64,000 nucleotides of DNA from Microbotryum violaceum (Eukaryota), in the NCBI GenBank assembly GCA_001244265.2, contig CDLV01000011.1, positions 744,001-808,000 of the forward strand, written 5' to 3'. Below, in pieces: positions 61,319 through 64,000 of this stretch. Positions within the stretch are counted from its first letter, which is position 1. Every line of letters starts with the position of its first letter. A program made the position numbers and the translations under genes. The notes under the pieces are model-generated. The model was not told the DNA's origin, ran no database searches, and saw only the letters and a program-made list of their open reading frames with translations.

Positions 61319-62563
61319 TTATTGCTGCTGCTGTTGCTGCAATTGTTGCTGTTGTTGCTGTTGCTTCCTCAGGATGAAACTGGGCGTAGGGAGACTGCTC
61401 GGTAAAGGCGAATTGTGGAACGTCGGGCCGGCGTATCGAGGTTCGGCGGATGGGGAAAAGGCGATGGGTGGCGAAGCTTCCTTCTTGGACGAGGTTCGAT
61501 CAGATCGACGTTGGGGCGTGCGAGGGGCATGCGTCCCGTTGGTGTGATGGTGGTGATAGCCGTTCGCAGCGTCGGAATCGGGTTGATCGATCGCGAGCGT
61601 GCCGATCCCAAAGGTTTCATTGTCCTTTTGCTGTTGTCGACGCAGCTTGGCTGGTGTCGCGTTCGCTGCCGATTGACTCGTCTGCATCGACGAGATCGAG
61701 TTCGTACCACCTCCACCGGAACTCTGCAACAGTTGTTGTTGCCAGGTCAACCCACTTGGTGTTCCTTCCGATTGAGATGCTGTCAATGCCGGTCGAGCAC
61801 CCTGGCCTTGTTGCTTGTTGCCACCACCCTTTGCAGGGCGGGGAGAGATTTCGTGGGTCGAGTGGTTCGCGTTCGTCGGCGTTGTGCGTTGGCCTCGGGT
61901 CGTGTTGGAGTTGTTCTTCTTGGGTCGGATGGTCTTTTCAGACGAAGACTGGGTCAGCAGCTCCTGCTGCCAACTGAGCGGCTGGCAAGACACGGCGTTT
62001 GTTGTCGAGTCACCGTTCGAGGGGGTGGGCATATCCCATTCGTCAGAGGATGACGAAGGCTGCGCTGCTTGACGACTGGTGCGATTCTTGTTGGTGTTGC
62101 GGCGGGCGTTGCTCCGATCATGGTGTTGCTCCAGATGATGACGGGAAGGCTGGGGTGCCGAGCGGGACAGGGGCGATGGTGAAGCCGAGTCGGACTCTCT
62201 CGACGGCTGTTCGAGGTTGTAGTCATAGGTCGATACATCCTGTTGTGTCCCTTGCTGGGGTCGAATTCGTTGTGCTTTTGTCCTTGATCTTGTTCCAGCA
62301 CTCGGAGGCCCCGTCGCGAGGGAGACGAACAAAGGCTCATCGTCGGTCGTCGTCATCTCATCCGCCGTGCTGGTCGCAGCTCTGGACCGAGGTGTAGCCT
62401 TGTTGTTCTGCTTGGGGGAATCCGATGGGTGGTTGTTGTGTGGTTGGTGTCGGTGCTTGCGGGTTGTGTTGTGACGAGGCGAGCTGCGCGTCGGCGTCGA
62501 GATGCTTGGCCGCGGGAGACTCGAGATATGGATCAGGCCTGGTGTTGAAGAGGCGCCTGGCAT
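61319..62563 (-). CDS. PNRC/Edc1-like proline-rich mRNA-decapping enhancer
   Basis: C-terminal YAGPTFHNSPLPSSLPTPSF motif (YAGxxF + LPxP), repeated LSWQQELL/LTWQQQLL motifs and a poly-Q end. The start codon is uncertain. Confidence 0.78.
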   Translation of the reverse strand: MPGASSTPGLIHISSLPRPSISTPTRSSPRHNTTRKHRHQPHNNHPSDSPKQNNKATPRSRAATSTADEMTTTDDEPLFVSLATGPPSAGTRSRTKAQRIRPQQGTQQDVSTYDYNLEQPSRESDSASPSPLSRSAPQPSRHHLEQHHDRSNARRNTNKNRTSRQAAQPSSSSDEWDMPTPSNGDSTTNAVSCQPLSWQQELLTQSSSEKTIRPKKNNSNTTRGQRTTPTNANHSTHEISPRPAKGGGNKQQGQGARPALTASQSEGTPSGLTWQQQLLQSSGGGGTNSISSMQTSQSAANATPAKLRRQQQKDNETFGIGTLAIDQPDSDAANGYHHHHTNGTHAPRTPQRRSDRTSSKKEASPPIAFSPSAEPRYAGPTFHNSPLPSSLPTPSFILRKQQQQQQQLQQQQQQ

Positions 62564-62973
62564 CGTGCGAGAGTGTTAGAGTTGTCAGTATGGGAGCTGC
62601 AATGGTGTATCGAGCGCGGTGATGGCTTCTCCGAGGCGCGGAGTAGCGCGTTCGTCGTCGAGTGGCAAACGCGAGCGATCGACTACAGCAGCCAGGAGGA
62701 GGTAAGGCTCACCTATGGCACCTGGGCTTCTCAAAGCCATGAGGAAGAAGAGGGTAGAGGGTAGAGGGGAGGGGGAGGGGAAGATGTGGTGAAGCGTGTT
62801 TGGTGGGTGTTCTGTGAATGATGTGATACGTAACCAGCCAAGCCGAAATCGGAACGGGCAGCCGACCGGCACGGTCTCAGCGCGGGCTTGATCATTTTCG
62901 AAAATGAGAATACCACTCGCGTCATAGGTATGTTCACATCCATATGCTTCCTCTACACAAGACCGAGTTCAAA

Positions 62974-63945
62974 TTATTGCACCACCTTGCCGACAATGTT
63001 GTACCTCTGCTCGGGGATTTTTTAAAAAAGGCCGAGCCGAGTAATCAGCGATTTAACTCCGGCGAGCGTATACCAACACCAGCCCTAGACCGACCTTGGC
63101 AAAGTACTTGAACCAGTCATCCAACACCTTCATCTCCTCCTCGTTCAACTTGGAGTAATCCGGATCGGCATCCTCTATCTTGAGCGACGACTTGCCAAGT
63201 GCGCACGACGCGTCTTTACCCGTGAAGATCTGGTGCGCGAGACAGTGACACGATAAACAGATCGGTTCACGCAGAAATACACCCCTCAAGTATCAGGGTC
63301 ACCCACATGGTAGCCACACCCAGGGCCATACATGTCCTTTTTGGCCGAGACTGTGCGAACGCTCCTTGCCCCACATTAGCAAGCTTTTCCCGATGATCAT
63401 CTCCCTTCTTGCAGTCCCTAGATCAGAGTCACTGACCATCAAACACGGTCCCCTTGATCGCCACGTAGATCCCCTTATCGGCATGCGTACCATCGTACTG
63501 TTTCAACTCTTCAACGGTGATGGGGTCATCCTTGGGGGGATCGAGCTTGATGTCGTCGGTGGAAAAGGGCTTGACGGCGGCGGCCATCTTGGTTCCTGGG
63601 TCGACGTCAGAGAGGTCGGGGATCGGGGTAGGTTCGACGGGGAGGGTGATGTACCAGAAGAAGAGGCCGGAGAGGACCTGGGCGGAGTGGGGCAAGGGTG
63701 GCAACGACACGGTGGAGAGGAGAAACGGAGCGGGGATCAGAATACGAGGTCAGTGCATGGAAACACCAAGGGTCTAATATCATCAAGTTCACAAGACGTA
63801 CAACTATTTGAATAGCAACAAAGAGCTGATGGTCGACGAGCCAGGCGTTGAAGTTGTCGGCGAGGCGAGCGAGCGTGCGTTGCACGGGGTGGGACAAGTT
63901 CGACAAATTCTGGGTCACGGGTGAAGCTTGCTGCAGGAAGCTGCA
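62974..63945 (-). CDS. MAPR / cytochrome b5-like heme-steroid binding protein; 5' end probably beyond the window
   Basis: PPKDDPITVEELKQYDG..IYVAIKGTVFD|VSAKKDMYGPGCGYH|IFTGKDASCALGKSSLK..LDDWFKYFAK|RYNIVGKV, preceded by a hydrophobic segment. Confidence 0.9.
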
Positions 63946-64000
63946 CAGGACGAAGAGACGATCTCAGTTCTGTTTCACCGGCCAGCAGAAAGCTCTCAGG

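Overview
A gene-dense, intron-rich fungal (basidiomycete) genomic window. It is most consistent with Microbotryomycetes, probably an anther-smut Microbotryum-like species; this is inferred from the protein sequences, short GT-AG introns, tandem CE8 genes and Helitron/LTR debris, and was not verified by search. The first ~41.5 kb and last ~7.5 kb hold mostly conserved housekeeping genes: PITH-domain protein, UBL-WLM (Wss1-family) protease, Doa4/USP8-like deubiquitinase, UBC9, Sam35/metaxin, KU80, a UGGT-like ER protein, DHA1 MFS transporter, HIS4, NOP2, MCH1-like MFS, PRE2, Set3-like PHD-SET, a PPR protein, dynactin p62, a hypothetical protein, a PNRC/Edc1-motif protein and a MAPR cytochrome-b5-like protein. 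Between them (~41.5-56.5 kb) lies an accessory island with three tandem secreted pectin methylesterase (CE8, PmeB-type) genes interleaved with two LTR relics and a decayed Helitron. Highlights: (i) a UGGT paralog that keeps the signal peptide, the folding-sensor region and a C-terminal RDEL but lacks the GT24 catalytic domain; (ii) a PME array that looks like birth-and-death evolution, with an in-frame TGA in a 28-nt exon of one copy, a 34-bp duplicated 3' splice site in another, and His/basic C-terminal tails on two; (iii) four consecutive ubiquitin/SUMO/proteasome genes. Exon boundaries were read by eye and are approximate.
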